Source: an uncultured Moraxellaceae bacterium (GTDB lineage: Bacteria > Pseudomonadota > Gammaproteobacteria > Pseudomonadales > Moraxellaceae). Taken from it: a DNA stretch of 64,000 bases. The notes beneath the pieces are model-generated. The model was not told where the DNA came from and did no database searches. It worked only from the letters and a program-made list of their open reading frames with translations. Positions 1-10,562 of this stretch are shown here, one piece after another. The translations under genes were made by a program, and so were the position numbers. The stretch spans positions 4,418-68,417 of the forward strand of contig CAMTYC010000030.1 of assembly GCA_947085865.1 (NCBI GenBank). Direction: 5' to 3'. Positions within the stretch are counted from its first letter, which is position 1. Each line of letters opens with the position of its first letter.

Positions 1-23
1 TGATTGCGGAGCAGGTGTTATGA
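1..23 (+). CDS. fabZ: 3' end of upstream gene, probably 3-hydroxyacyl-ACP dehydratase FabZ (partial)
   Basis: Frame reads ...IAEQVL-stop (TGA 21-23) overlapping the lpxA ATG (ATGA); fabZ canonically precedes lpxA. Only a few codons visible. Confidence 0.45.
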
Positions 24-796
24 CGCGTATTCATCAAACCGCGATTATTGATCCAGCCGCTGAACTCGCTGATGACGTCGAGGTAGGCCCGTACAGTATT
101 ATTGGGCCAGGCGTGCAGATTGGCACCGGTACTCGGGTTGGTCCGCATGTTGTAATTACTGGCCCTACCGTAATTGGTGAGCGTAATCAGATTTATCAGT
201 TTGCATCCGTGGGCGCAGACTGCCAAGACAAGAAGTATCGTGGTGAGCCGACCCGCTTAGAAATTGGTGATGACAATATTATTCGTGAGGCCTGCAGCTT
301 ACATCGCGGCACTGTGCAGGACGAAAGCTTAACGAAAATTGGTCATCGTAATTTACTGATGGTGAATACCCATTTAGCGCATGATGTGGTGGTTGGAAAT
401 GACTGTATTTTAGCCAACAACGCGGGTATCGCTGGTCATGTCCATATTGGCGACAATGTGTTGATCGGCGGTAACTCTGGCGTTCATCAGTTCTGCAAAA
501 TTGGCAGCTTTGCCATGTTGGCTGGTGGTACTACCTTATTTAAGGATGTGCCTGCTTATGTCATGGTTAATGGCAACCCAGCTGAAGCACGTAGCATGAA
601 CTTTGAAGGCATGAAGCGTCGTGGTTGGAGTAGCGATGTGATTCAAACCTTACGCCGTGCTTACAAAACCGTGTTTCGTGAAGGGCTAACCTTGGATGCA
701 GCAATTACTGAGCTTGAGTCACAGTTAGTTAGCTGTCCTGAGTTACTGCCCTTTGTTGAGTCTCTTCGGACTTCGACGCGTGGCATCGTACGTTAA
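20..796 (+). CDS. lpxA: UDP-N-acetylglucosamine acyltransferase
   Basis: Hexapeptide repeats (IHQTAIIDP, VEVGPYSIIG), QDKKYRGE, HLAHD, HQFCKIG, C-terminal RGIVR. Confidence 0.97.
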   Translation: MTRIHQTAIIDPAAELADDVEVGPYSIIGPGVQIGTGTRVGPHVVITGPTVIGERNQIYQFASVGADCQDKKYRGEPTRLEIGDDNIIREACSLHRGTVQDESLTKIGHRNLLMVNTHLAHDVVVGNDCILANNAGIAGHVHIGDNVLIGGNSGVHQFCKIGSFAMLAGGTTLFKDVPAYVMVNGNPAEARSMNFEGMKRRGWSSDVIQTLRRAYKTVFREGLTLDAAITELESQLVSCPELLPFVESLRTSTRGIVR

Positions 797-1992
797 TGGC
801 AGCAAAACAAGGCCCTGTGTTTGGAATTGTCGCCGGTGAGGTCTCTGGCGACACGCTAGGCGCAGGGCTTATCCGCGCTTTAAAAAAACATTATCCAAAT
901 GCTGAGTTCATTGGTATTGCTGGTCCACAGATGATCGCCGAGGGTGCGAAAACACTAGTGCCTATGGATAGGCTTTCGGTTATGGGCTTAGTCGAAGTCT
1001 TAGGTCGTTTAAAAGAGTTATTTCGTGTTCGCGATGAGCTAATTAACACCTTTGCCGAACGCAAAATTGATGCCTTTATTGGTATTGATGCCCCCGACTT
1101 TAATTTGCGTGTAGCAGCACAACTCAAGCAACGTGGCATTACCACCATTCATTATGTAAGCCCGTCCGTTTGGGCATGGCGGCAAGGGCGTGTGCATGGT
1201 ATTCGCGCCAGCATAGACCTGATGTTATGCCTGCTGCCGTTTGAAAAAGCATTTTATGACAAGCATCAAGTACCTGCTGTTTTTGTAGGGCACCCCTTAG
1301 CCGATAGTTTACCCATGCACAACGATGCCTCAGCAGCACGAACTGCATTAGGGTTGGAGCAGCAAGGCCATATTGTGGGTTTGCTACCAGGCAGCCGTCG
1401 AGGCGAAGTAGCGAGTTTAATGCCATTACTGCTGAGTACGGCGCGGCTGATGTATCAGGCCTTGCCGTCACTGAAATTTGTTATTCCTGCCATCAATGCT
1501 GAGCGCGAAGCCGAAATTAATGCCTTGATTCAAGCCGATGCCAGTGAAAATGTGCTTTTGCCTGTACAGGTGATAACTGATACAGGGCAGTCCAGTGTTG
1601 GTCGGCAAGTGATGACCGCAGCAGATGTATTAGTGATGGCATCAGGTACGGCCACGCTAGAGGCCATGTTGATTAAGCGCCCTATGGTGGTGTCTTACCG
1701 CTTGCACTGGCTAACGTGGCTTATTGCTAGGTTATTGGTGCGCATTCCCTTTGTTAGCCTACCGAACTTACTAGCGGGCAGAGCGTTAGTACCGGAGCTG
1801 CTGCAGTATCAGGCTACGCCACAAAACTTGGCGCATGAGGCGCTAGCGTGGCTAAAAGCACCTGAGCGTGTCGCTTCCTATCAACAGGACTGCGTCGCGC
1901 TGCATGAGCAGTTGCAGCAAGATGCCAGTGCCACTGCCGCGCAGGCTATTGCAGAGCTGCTAATGAATTCCAAGGGCAGTGAAAATGAATGA
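796..1992 (+). CDS. lpxB: lipid-A-disaccharide synthase
   Basis: [41 protein letters not shown] motifs; follows lpxA. Confidence 0.97.
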   Translation: MAAKQGPVFGIVAGEVSGDTLGAGLIRALKKHYPNAEFIGIAGPQMIAEGAKTLVPMDRLSVMGLVEVLGRLKELFRVRDELINTFAERKIDAFIGIDAPDFNLRVAAQLKQRGITTIHYVSPSVWAWRQGRVHGIRASIDLMLCLLPFEKAFYDKHQVPAVFVGHPLADSLPMHNDASAARTALGLEQQGHIVGLLPGSRRGEVASLMPLLLSTARLMYQALPSLKFVIPAINAEREAEINALIQADASENVLLPVQVITDTGQSSVGRQVMTAADVLVMASGTATLEAMLIKRPMVVSYRLHWLTWLIARLLVRIPFVSLPNLLAGRALVPELLQYQATPQNLAHEALAWLKAPERVASYQQDCVALHEQLQQDASATAAQAIAELLMNSKGSENE

Positions 1993-2566
1993 ATTAATTG
2001 CTGGTGTGGATGAGGTTGGCCGTGGGCCGTTAGTTGGTGCAGTGGTGACAGCAGCTGTTATTTTGGATCCGAACCAACCGATTATTGGGTTAGCAGACTC
2101 GAAAAAGCTGAGTGAAAAGCGTCGCTTGTTACTGGCCGATGAAATTCGTAGCAAAGCCTTGGCATGGTCGTTGGGGCGAGCAGAGCCGTTTGAGATTGAC
2201 GAGCTTAATATTTTGCAGGCAACTATGCTCGCCATGCAGCGTGCCGTGGCGGGTTTATCATTAACACCAAGCCATGTGTTAATTGATGGCAATCGTTGCC
2301 CTGCATTACCAATGGCTGCGACGGCCGTGGTGGGCGGTGATGGTAAAGAGCCTGCGATTAGTGCCGCCAGTATTTTAGCCAAGGTGGCTCGTGATGCTGA
2401 AATGCAGGATTTGCATCAACGTTATCCAGCTTATGGCTTTGATCGTCACAAAGGTTACCCCACAGCAGCACATTTACAGGCTATTCGTGAGTTGGGTGTG
2501 TTAGGTGAGTATCGTCGTTCGTTTGCGCCGGTACGCGCCTGTTTGTTAACTCAGGAAGTGATATGA
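1985..2566 (+). CDS. rnhB: ribonuclease HII
   Basis: [34 protein letters not shown] 1985 chosen over GTG 1979 on RBS spacing. Confidence 0.96.
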   Translation: MNELIAGVDEVGRGPLVGAVVTAAVILDPNQPIIGLADSKKLSEKRRLLLADEIRSKALAWSLGRAEPFEIDELNILQATMLAMQRAVAGLSLTPSHVLIDGNRCPALPMAATAVVGGDGKEPAISAASILAKVARDAEMQDLHQRYPAYGFDRHKGYPTAAHLQAIRELGVLGEYRRSFAPVRACLLTQEVI

Positions 2567-5500
2567 CCGATTTTGTTCACCTGCGTGTACATACCGAATT
2601 TTCTTTACGTGATTCGATTGTGCGCATTGGCGAGTTGGTGTCAGCTAGCGCTCAGCTGGAAATGCCAGCAGTAGCAGTGACTGATATCTGTAATGTCTAT
2701 GGTTTGGTGAAGTTCTATAAGGCCGCGCAGAGCAAAGGTGTTAAGCCGATTTTTGGTGCGGACTTGCAGGTTCGTACTGGTGATGAGCTGAGCTGGGTCA
2801 CGGCCCTAGTGATGAACGACGAGGGTTATCGTCAGTTAATTGCGCTCATTTCACGTGCTTATGTCGAGGGCCAAGAACAAGGCCTGCCGATTGTTCAGCG
2901 TGCATGGCTTGAGCAAGCACAGTCGGGCCTAATTTTTTTGTTAGGGCGTGGCAGTGATGTGGGTCAAGCGTTGTTGGGTAGTGATCCGCGTCATGCCGAC
3001 ACCTTGCTACAACGTTGGTTAAAGCATTCAGCAGGCCGTGTTTACTTAGAGTTGCAACGAACCCAGCGTGAAGGTGATGAGCTATTTGTGCACGCTGCGG
3101 TGGACTTAGCGAGCCGTGTTTCCTGTCCTGTAGTTGCGACTAATGACGTACGTTTTATTCGTGCAGAAGAGTTTGAGGCACATGAAGTACGCGTGTGTGT
3201 TTCGCAGAGTTATACCCTTGATGACCCACGCCGGCCTCGTCAGTACAGCCGAGAGCAGTATTTTAAATCGGCTGAAGCAATGGCCGAACTGTTTGCCGAT
3301 ATTCCAGAAGCTTTAGCCAATAGTGTGGCGATTGCGCGTCGTTGCAGCTTAGGGCTGACCTTGGGCAAAAACTATCTGCCAGACTTCCCGGTGCCCGCTG
3401 GCATGACTATGGCGAGTTATTTTGCGCAGCTCTCGCATGAAGGCCTCGATGCTCGGTTGGCAAAGTTATTTGATATTAACCAGCCAGACTTTGCTGCAAT
3501 TCAGCAGCAGTATCGTGAGCGTTTGGAGTTTGAACTCAACATCATTAATCAAATGGGTTTTGCCGGTTACTTTTTGATTGTGATGGACTTTATTCGCTGG
3601 GCAAAACAAAACGGAGTACCGGTGGGGCCCGGTCGTGGTTCGGGTGCCGGTTCGTTGGTTGCATATTCTTTATTGATTACCGACCTTGACCCGATCAAAT
3701 ACGATTTGCTGTTTGAGCGCTTTTTGAACCCAGAACGGGTTTCGATGCCCGACTTTGATATCGACTTTTGCATGGAAGGTCGTGATCGTGTGATTGAGTA
3801 TGTTGCAAATCACTATGGTCGTGAGGCGGTATCACAAATCATCACTTTTGGTTCGATGGCAGCCAAAGCGGTGGTGCGAGATGTGGCGCGTGTATTGGGT
3901 AAGTCTTATGGTTTAGCCGATCGCATTGCCAAACTCATTCCGTTCACCCCTGGCATTTCACTAAAGGAAGCACGTGAGCAAGAGCCGCTGCTCAATGAGC
4001 TGTTGACCGATCCACTAGCCAATGATCATGAGGATGCATTGGAAGTGTGGGATATGGCGCTGCGGCTTGAGGGCTTGACCCGCGGTGTTGGTAAACATGC
4101 CGGTGGTGTCTTGATTGCGCCGGGTAAGTTAACTGACTTCACCGCAGTTTATGCCGATGATGAGGGCAAATGGGTTAGTCAATACGATAAAGATGATGTT
4201 GAATCAGTAGGCCTCGTGAAGTTCGACTTCTTAGGTTTGCGCACGCTCACCATTATTGATTGGGCCTTAAAAGACATTAATGCCAAGCGTGCTCGTCGTG
4301 GTGAGCAGCCAATTGATATTGAAACCATTCCGCTGAATGACCCTCGACCCTATCAGCTGATGTCGGAAGGCAAAACCACTGCGGTATTCCAGCTTGAATC
4401 GCGTGGCATGAAAGAGCTGATTAAAAAGCTAAAACCTTCGCGCTTTGAAGACGTGGTCGCTTTGGTGGCGTTGTATCGTCCGGGTCCGCTGGAATCGGGC
4501 ATGGTCGATGATTTTATTAATCGTAAGCATGGCCGCGCCAATGTGGCTTACCCACACCCCGAGTTAGAGCCTGTTCTGGAAAACACCTATGGGGTGATTT
4601 TGTACCAAGAGCAGGTTATGCAGATTGCGCAGGTGCTAGCCGGGTACTCATTGGGGGGCGCAGACATGTTGCGTCGTGCCATGGGTAAGAAAAAACCGGA
4701 AGAAATGGCCAAAGAGCGAGTCAAATTCATGGAAGGCTCGGGTGCTCGAGGGGTTGATCCAGAGCAGGCCGGTGGCATTTTCGACTTGATGGAAAAGTTT
4801 GCAGGTTATGGTTTTAACAAGTCGCACTCGGCGGCTTATGCCTTGGTTTCTTATCAAACCGCTTGGTTAAAGGTGAACTATCCTGCTGAGTTCATGGCCG
4901 CAGTATTGTCTTCTGAAATGGCCAACACCGATAAAATTGTGACCTTTATTGAAGAATGCCGTGCCATGGGCTTAACAATTCGCCCACCGGCAGTAGATGA
5001 GTCGGTGTTCCGTTTTCAAGCCAATGACGATGGCCATATTGTCTACGGCCTTGGCGCCATTAAAGGGGTGGGCGAAGGTCCAGTTGAGTCCTTGCTCAGC
5101 TCACGTGAACAAGATGGCCTGTTTAAGGACTTATTTGATTTTTGCAGTCGAGTCGACTTACGTAAACTCAATAAACGAGCGCTTGAAGCGTTAATTCGTG
5201 CCGGTGCCTTGGATGCTCAAGGCCCTAGTCGTGCCAGCTTAATGGCGACGATTGAAACGGCAGTAGCGGCCGCTGAGCAACAGTCACGCAATCAAGACGC
5301 GGGCATGGTGGATTTATTTGGCGACGTGCATGAGGCTGGCCCCGGCATTGAGTGGACGGATGCCTTGCCTTGGACTGAAGATGAGCGCCTGCAGGCCGAG
5401 AAAGAAACCTTAGGGTTATATTTGTCCGGCCATCCGATTGATCAATATGAAGCTGAGCTGAGTCGTTTTGTGCAGACACGATTGGCCGATTTGCAGCCAA

Positions 5501-6024
5501 CGCGCCGTGGCGTGACCACGACTGTTGCAGGTTTGCTGCTCAATCACCGCATTGTCAAAGGTCAGCGTGGCAGCCGTGCCTTTTTAACCTTAGATGATCG
5601 GACTGGGCGGGTGGAAGTCACCATTTTTGGTGAGTTACTGGAACAGGTGCGACCATTGTTGGCTAGCGAAGGTGTGCTGGTTGTAGAGGGCGAAGTGTCC
5701 ATGGATGAATATGCTGGCGCCTTAAAGTTAGTAGCAAAACAAATTTTGCCGCTGGCTGCGGCTCGTGCGCAGTACAGCAAAGGGCTTGAGTTAAGTCTGC
5801 CAGTGGCGATTGGCTTGCGTGGTTTGCATGGACTAACAGAGTTGTTGCAAGCACATCGCAGTGGCCAAGATCAGGCAGGTGCGCAGCTACGCTTTCGTTT
5901 GCAGCATCCCGCCGCACAGATTGGTCTTCAGGGCGGCTCAGCATGGCGTGTGAGCTTGAGCGATACCTTGTTAAGGGGATTGCGCCAGCTACTGGGTAAA
6001 GAGTCAGTGCGGGTGCTGTACTAG
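2563..6024 (+). CDS. dnaE: DNA polymerase III alpha subunit
   Basis: PHP domain [34 protein letters not shown]; 1153 aa with no intein-sized insertion. Confidence 0.98.
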   Translation: MTDFVHLRVHTEFSLRDSIVRIGELVSASAQLEMPAVAVTDICNVYGLVKFYKAAQSKGVKPIFGADLQVRTGDELSWVTALVMNDEGYRQLIALISRAYVEGQEQGLPIVQRAWLEQAQSGLIFLLGRGSDVGQALLGSDPRHADTLLQRWLKHSAGRVYLELQRTQREGDELFVHAAVDLASRVSCPVVATNDVRFIRAEEFEAHEVRVCVSQSYTLDDPRRPRQYSREQYFKSAEAMAELFADIPEALANSVAIARRCSLGLTLGKNYLPDFPVPAGMTMASYFAQLSHEGLDARLAKLFDINQPDFAAIQQQYRERLEFELNIINQMGFAGYFLIVMDFIRWAKQNGVPVGPGRGSGAGSLVAYSLLITDLDPIKYDLLFERFLNPERVSMPDFDIDFCMEGRDRVIEYVANHYGREAVSQIITFGSMAAKAVVRDVARVLGKSYGLADRIAKLIPFTPGISLKEAREQEPLLNELLTDPLANDHEDALEVWDMALRLEGLTRGVGKHAGGVLIAPGKLTDFTAVYADDEGKWVSQYDKDDVESVGLVKFDFLGLRTLTIIDWALKDINAKRARRGEQPIDIETIPLNDPRPYQLMSEGKTTAVFQLESRGMKELIKKLKPSRFEDVVALVALYRPGPLESGMVDDFINRKHGRANVAYPHPELEPVLENTYGVILYQEQVMQIAQVLAGYSLGGADMLRRAMGKKKPEEMAKERVKFMEGSGARGVDPEQAGGIFDLMEKFAGYGFNKSHSAAYALVSYQTAWLKVNYPAEFMAAVLSSEMANTDKIVTFIEECRAMGLTIRPPAVDESVFRFQANDDGHIVYGLGAIKGVGEGPVESLLSSREQDGLFKDLFDFCSRVDLRKLNKRALEALIRAGALDAQGPSRASLMATIETAVAAAEQQSRNQDAGMVDLFGDVHEAGPGIEWTDALPWTEDERLQAEKETLGLYLSGHPIDQYEAELSRFVQTRLADLQPTRRGVTTTVAGLLLNHRIVKGQRGSRAFLTLDDRTGRVEVTIFGELLEQVRPLLASEGVLVVEGEVSMDEYAGALKLVAKQILPLAAARAQYSKGLELSLPVAIGLRGLHGLTELLQAHRSGQDQAGAQLRFRLQHPAAQIGLQGGSAWRVSLSDTLLRGLRQLLGKESVRVLY

Positions 6025-6094
6025 TGGCATCAGCGGTATTTCCAAGCGGGAGTGGTTGCCGTTACACTCCCAGCCAATGTTTAGGGGCCCATTC

Positions 6095-7057
6095 ATGAAT
6101 CCGAATTATCTCGACTTTGAACAACCTATTGCCGAGCTTGAGGCCAAAATCGAAGGTCTTCGTTCTGTTGGCCAGTCCACCGGCTTAAATATTGATGACG
6201 AAGTGGCCAAGCTGCGCAATAAAAGCGTCAAGCTCACGGAAGAAATTTTTGCCAACTTAAGTGCTTGGCAGGTGTCACAGCTTTCACGTCACCCGCAACG
6301 CCCATACACCATGGATTATGTTCAGCGCCTGTTTACTGACTTTGATGAGCTGCATGGTGATCGTGCCTTTGCTGATGATGCGGCCCTGATTTGTGGCACT
6401 GCACGTTTCTTAGGCGAGCCTGTCATGGTGATTGGTCACCAGAAAGGCCGTGATGTTAAAGAAAAAGTGCGTCGTAACTTTGGTATGCCTAGACCAGAGG
6501 GTTATCGTAAAGCTCTGCGTTTGATGGAAATGGCTGAACGTTTCCATATGCCAATTTTGACCTTTATCGATACCCCCGGGGCCTACCCCGGCATTGATGC
6601 CGAAGAGCGTGGCCAGAGTGAGGCGATTGCACGCAACTTGGCCGTGATGTCACGTTTAAAAACCCCCATTATCTCGACTGTGATTGGTGAGGGCGGCTCC
6701 GGTGGTGCGCTGGCAATTGGTGTCTGCGATAGCTTATTAATGTTGCAATACAGCACCTATTCGGTGATCTCGCCAGAAGGCTGCGCTTCGATTTTATGGA
6801 AGACAGCAGCTAAAGCGCCAGAGGCTGCAGAGGCCATGAATATGTCAGCACGGCGCCTAGAGGTTTTAGGTTTTGTCGATAATCTAGTGCAGGAGCCTTT
6901 AGGCGGAGCACACCGTGATATGGACATGATGGCTGACTCACTTCGTAAAGCGTTGTTACACGAACTTAAAAAGTTACGCACCATGGACTCATCTGCACTG
7001 GTTAATCGTCGTTATGAACGATTGATGAGTTATGGTAATACGCAGCAGGCATCTTGA
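6095..7057 (+). CDS. accA: acetyl-CoA carboxylase carboxyltransferase alpha subunit
   Basis: [12 protein letters not shown] start, [32 protein letters not shown]. Confidence 0.97.
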   Translation: MNPNYLDFEQPIAELEAKIEGLRSVGQSTGLNIDDEVAKLRNKSVKLTEEIFANLSAWQVSQLSRHPQRPYTMDYVQRLFTDFDELHGDRAFADDAALICGTARFLGEPVMVIGHQKGRDVKEKVRRNFGMPRPEGYRKALRLMEMAERFHMPILTFIDTPGAYPGIDAEERGQSEAIARNLAVMSRLKTPIISTVIGEGGSGGALAIGVCDSLLMLQYSTYSVISPEGCASILWKTAAKAPEAAEAMNMSARRLEVLGFVDNLVQEPLGGAHRDMDMMADSLRKALLHELKKLRTMDSSALVNRRYERLMSYGNTQQAS

Positions 7058-8367
7058 TTTCAGCAAATGAAGCCTTGCCCTTGTCGTCGCTGCAAAGTTT
7101 TTTACAGCAGCGCCGACAGGACTCTCCCAGCATTACTTCTGTTGTTATTGCACTTAGCGCAGGGCCTGACTCGCTGGCATTGTTGTTAGCGGCGCATCAG
7201 GTTGCTTTACCTTTGGGTTATTCAGTGCGGGCGCTGCACGTACATCATGGTTTGCATGTCGATGCAGATAGCTGGGCTGAGGCTGCATGTTTGCAAGCTG
7301 AAGGTCTGGGGCTTAAGTGTGACGTGCTCAGAATCAGCATTAACAATCCAAACAATATCGAAGCACAAGCACGGTATGCACGCTATAACGCGTTGGCAGG
7401 GCAGCTAGAGGATCATGAGGCTTTGCTGTTAGCGCATCATCAGGATGATCAAGCCGAGACATTGTTATTACGCCTTATGCGCGGTGCAGGCTTACAGGGC
7501 CTTACTGGCATGGCAGAAGTCTCGGTTTGGGCTAGCCAAGGTAATCATGATTTGTTGCGCTGGCGGCCATGGTTAAGTGTACCAAAACAGTCGTTAACAG
7601 CGTGGTTAGCTGCTCAGTCAAAAACAAACAGCGCGATAAATGATCCAGCCAACACCAATCCACGCTTCGATCGCACCTTGCTGCGTCAGCAGTTGCTGCC
7701 TTTGTTGCACACACGCTGGCCGCAGGCTAGTCAGATGTTGGCGCGCAGTGCTAGTCAGCTAGCTCAGCAAGCACAAGCCTTAAACCAACTGGCAGATACC
7801 TGGTTGGCTGCCCATAGTGCTGACTTAGTAAGTTTGCCTATCAGTGCCTTAACAACACTGGATGAGGCGACTCAGCAGGCGGTAATAGCTAGATGGTTTC
7901 AGCGCTGCAGTGCACCAGAAATGCCTGTACGTTATTGGCCACGACTGTTTGATGAGTTTCTTTATGCCCGAGCGGATGCAAACCCAGAGCTTACCTGGTC
8001 TGATGTTGTGCTCAGACGTTATCGTGACGACATCTACTTGTTGTTTAAGCATGAACTAGAACCACTACCTGCAATAGGTGCTGATTGGGCAAATCCATTA
8101 TTGCCCTTATATTGGGCTGGGCATGAATGGTGTTTGCCCATCGCAAAGAATGATTCACGTTTAGTGAGGCATTGGCGGATTACGGCACGCCAGGGCGGGG
8201 AGCGTTGGCGGCCTAAAAGTAGGACTCAGTCAGTGTCGCTAAAGCATTGGTGTCAGGAAAACGGCATCCCAACGTGGCAACGCTCACGCCTTGCGGTGGT
8301 TTGGTGTGATGATGAAATTGCGTTTTTAGCGCTGATATATGGAAAATCAATAAAATATTTCAATTAA
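7054..8367 (+). CDS. tilS: tRNA(Ile)-lysidine synthetase
   Basis: PP-loop [33 protein letters not shown]; TTG start overlaps the accA stop. Confidence 0.93.
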   Translation: MISANEALPLSSLQSFLQQRRQDSPSITSVVIALSAGPDSLALLLAAHQVALPLGYSVRALHVHHGLHVDADSWAEAACLQAEGLGLKCDVLRISINNPNNIEAQARYARYNALAGQLEDHEALLLAHHQDDQAETLLLRLMRGAGLQGLTGMAEVSVWASQGNHDLLRWRPWLSVPKQSLTAWLAAQSKTNSAINDPANTNPRFDRTLLRQQLLPLLHTRWPQASQMLARSASQLAQQAQALNQLADTWLAAHSADLVSLPISALTTLDEATQQAVIARWFQRCSAPEMPVRYWPRLFDEFLYARADANPELTWSDVVLRRYRDDIYLLFKHELEPLPAIGADWANPLLPLYWAGHEWCLPIAKNDSRLVRHWRITARQGGERWRPKSRTQSVSLKHWCQENGIPTWQRSRLAVVWCDDEIAFLALIYGKSIKYFN

Positions 8368-8467
8368 AAACAATCGCTTGAAAATAATTGAACATTTTTA
8401 GAGCTATATTCTCATTTATCGTTACAATGCACGTGCGGTAAAAAATTAAATTATTAAAGAGTAGAAC

Positions 8468-8674
8468 ATGAGCAAAGGTACAGTTAAGTGGTTCAACGCC
8501 GATAAAGGTTTCGGTTTCATCACACCAGAAGACGGTGGCAAAGATTTATTTGTCCATCATTCTGAAATCAAGAATGGTGGCGGCTTCAAGACATTGAATG
8601 ACGGCCAAGCGGTCACATTCGATGTTGGTCAAGGCCAAAAAGGTCCTTGCGCTAACAACGTAGTAGCTATCTAA
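8468..8674 (+). CDS. cold-shock protein (CspA family)
   Basis: GTVKWFN, RNP1 KGFGFI, RNP2 LFVHHS, GQKGP; 68 aa. Confidence 0.96.
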   Translation: MSKGTVKWFNADKGFGFITPEDGGKDLFVHHSEIKNGGGFKTLNDGQAVTFDVGQGQKGPCANNVVAI

Positions 8675-8724
8675 ATTTAGCTTCTGCAGTTAGTGGATTA
8701 GGCTGCTCTAAGTAGCCAAATCAG

Positions 8725-8764
8725 AAAAAACGGCGTATGACGTAAAGTCTACGCCGTTTTTTTT
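8725..8764 (+). terminator. Rho-independent terminator after the csp gene
   Basis: aaaaaaCGGCGTA-t-GAC-gtaaa-GTC-TACGCCG followed by T8. Confidence 0.85.
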
Positions 8765-8808
8765 GCCTCATTTTTAATATCAATAATTGCATTAGGGTAT
8801 TTGTTCGT

Positions 8809-9459
8809 GTGAAGAGAATTGTTTGTGTGATTTGTGCGTTGGTTTTGATCTCTTGCTCCCAACCAAAAGATCTAAGGCCTTTGCCTGCTCAAATACCAGA
8901 AGCAAATATTCCTATTCATTTGGTAAGTCACGGATGGCATGTTGGTCTGGTGCTGCCGGCTCAGCCATTTAATGCGCTGTTGTCTGCATTAGCTCAGCGC
9001 TTCCCACAAGCGAATGCCTATGAGCTAGGCTGGGGCGATGATGGTTTTTACCAGTCGGATCAGCAAACACGCTCAATGGCATTGAGTGCTTTATTTGTCT
9101 CTAAGGGGGCGGTGATGCATGTTGTTTCTATTGAGGAGGCCCCTCAGGTCTATTTTGACGGCCTTGAAATAGTGACACTTTGCCTTGATGAGCAGCAGCT
9201 AAAACACTTGCTACGGTTTGTTGCCAATAGCTTTATGCAGCCGCAGATGGGTGAGTTAATAAAGCGAGAGTCTGGACGATATGGAGATAGTCAGTTTTAT
9301 CAAGCTAATGGCCGCTATAGCATGATGCATACTTGTAATCGTTGGACGGCAGAAGCTTTAGATAAGACTGGTATGGACTTACCTTATCGATTGATGTTGA
9401 CCTCTGGCAGCGTGATGCGGGCAGCACGTAAAAAAGGCCAGTCTTGTGAGTTAGATTAA
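8809..9459 (+). CDS. DUF2459-like predicted lipoprotein
   Basis: Lipobox LISC, GWHVGL, LGWGDDGFY, FYQANGRYSMMHTCNRW pattern recalled for DUF2459. Confidence 0.75.
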   Translation: MKRIVCVICALVLISCSQPKDLRPLPAQIPEANIPIHLVSHGWHVGLVLPAQPFNALLSALAQRFPQANAYELGWGDDGFYQSDQQTRSMALSALFVSKGAVMHVVSIEEAPQVYFDGLEIVTLCLDEQQLKHLLRFVANSFMQPQMGELIKRESGRYGDSQFYQANGRYSMMHTCNRWTAEALDKTGMDLPYRLMLTSGSVMRAARKKGQSCELD

Positions 9460-9476
9460 ATTAAAGAGCGGAAAAG

Positions 9477-9809
9477 ATGCCTCTACTGTTTTCTTATGGA
9501 ACGTTGCAGCAAGAAAATGTTCAGTTATCCACTTTTGGTCGTTTGTTAATAGGTCAGCCAGACGCTTTGTTAGGTTATCAGATGCTGATGGTGTGCATTG
9601 AGGATGCTCAGGTAGTGGCGCTTAGTGGCAAAACGCATCACCCCATTGTGGTATTTAATGGTGACTTAACAAGTCAGGTGGCTGGATTTGTCTTTGAAGT
9701 GACTGATGCCGAATTACTACACGCAGACGCTTATGAAGTGGACGCTTATCAACGAGTTTTAGCCGATTTGGCTTCGGGCAAACAGGCTTGGGTGTATGTC
9801 AGCACATGA
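9477..9809 (+). CDS. gamma-glutamylcyclotransferase family protein
   Basis: LFSYGTL N-terminal motif, DAYE, AWVYV; 110 aa. Confidence 0.85.
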   Translation: MPLLFSYGTLQQENVQLSTFGRLLIGQPDALLGYQMLMVCIEDAQVVALSGKTHHPIVVFNGDLTSQVAGFVFEVTDAELLHADAYEVDAYQRVLADLASGKQAWVYVST

Positions 9810-10558
9810 TAAAGCTTATTTTTGGCCTTATTTCATTTTATCTCGCCTTGTGCCTGGTTTTATTTGCTTGGCAAAGTCGGTTGATTTATCACCCACAGCC
9901 TAGGCAAATTAACGATTCAGAGTCGACCATGGTGCTTGCGGTTGAGGGCGCTGAGCTGGTGGTAACGATTGCGCCACACAATAGTTCAAATGGCATTGTA
10001 TATTTTGGTGGTAATGCCGAAGACGTCTCGTTAAACCTTCCGTTTTTTAAACAAATCTTTCCCGATACTGCTTTGTATCTGCTGCATTATCGCGGTTATG
10101 GTGGCAGCACAGGGTCGCCTTCAGAGCAGCGTAATCAACAAGATGCCTTGGCTCTATTTGACTATGTTGCACGCCAGCATGAGGACATACGTTTGATAGG
10201 GCGTAGCTTAGGCACAGCAATGTCGTTATTTGTTGCCAGCCAGCGTCCGGTTTCCAAACAGCTTTTAATCACGCCATTTGATAGCTTACAGGATATTGCC
10301 TCTGCCCAGTTTCCTTATGTGCCTGTGGCTTGGTTATTGCGCGATCGTTATGAGATGAGTGTGTTAGCACCAACAGTTACGGCACCCACTCAGTTGTTAA
10401 TAGCAGGGCAGGACGAAATCATCCCGCGCGAGAGTAGTGAGCGTCTTTATGCTCGTTTTGCAGAGGGGGTCGCAACAAAAGTGGTGGTGCCTAAGGCCAA
10501 CCACAACTCAGTAGGCAATTCTGCTGAGTTTTGGTCGGCGCTTAAAGCACTACAATAA
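9806..10558 (+). CDS. alpha/beta hydrolase with N-terminal membrane anchor
   Basis: YFGGNAE, YRGYGGS, nucleophile GRSLG, DEII, NHN; ATGA-coupled to the upstream gene. Confidence 0.88.
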   Translation: MIKLIFGLISFYLALCLVLFAWQSRLIYHPQPRQINDSESTMVLAVEGAELVVTIAPHNSSNGIVYFGGNAEDVSLNLPFFKQIFPDTALYLLHYRGYGGSTGSPSEQRNQQDALALFDYVARQHEDIRLIGRSLGTAMSLFVASQRPVSKQLLITPFDSLQDIASAQFPYVPVAWLLRDRYEMSVLAPTVTAPTQLLIAGQDEIIPRESSERLYARFAEGVATKVVVPKANHNSVGNSAEFWSALKALQ

Positions 10559-10562
10559 CAAA

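Noticed and set aside
2563-6024. Intein or split in dnaE
   Set aside because: Normal length and continuous motifs.
8765-10562. Possible integron cassette array of small accessory genes
   Set aside because: Gaps are 17 nt or overlapping, with no attC-like repeats and no integrase.
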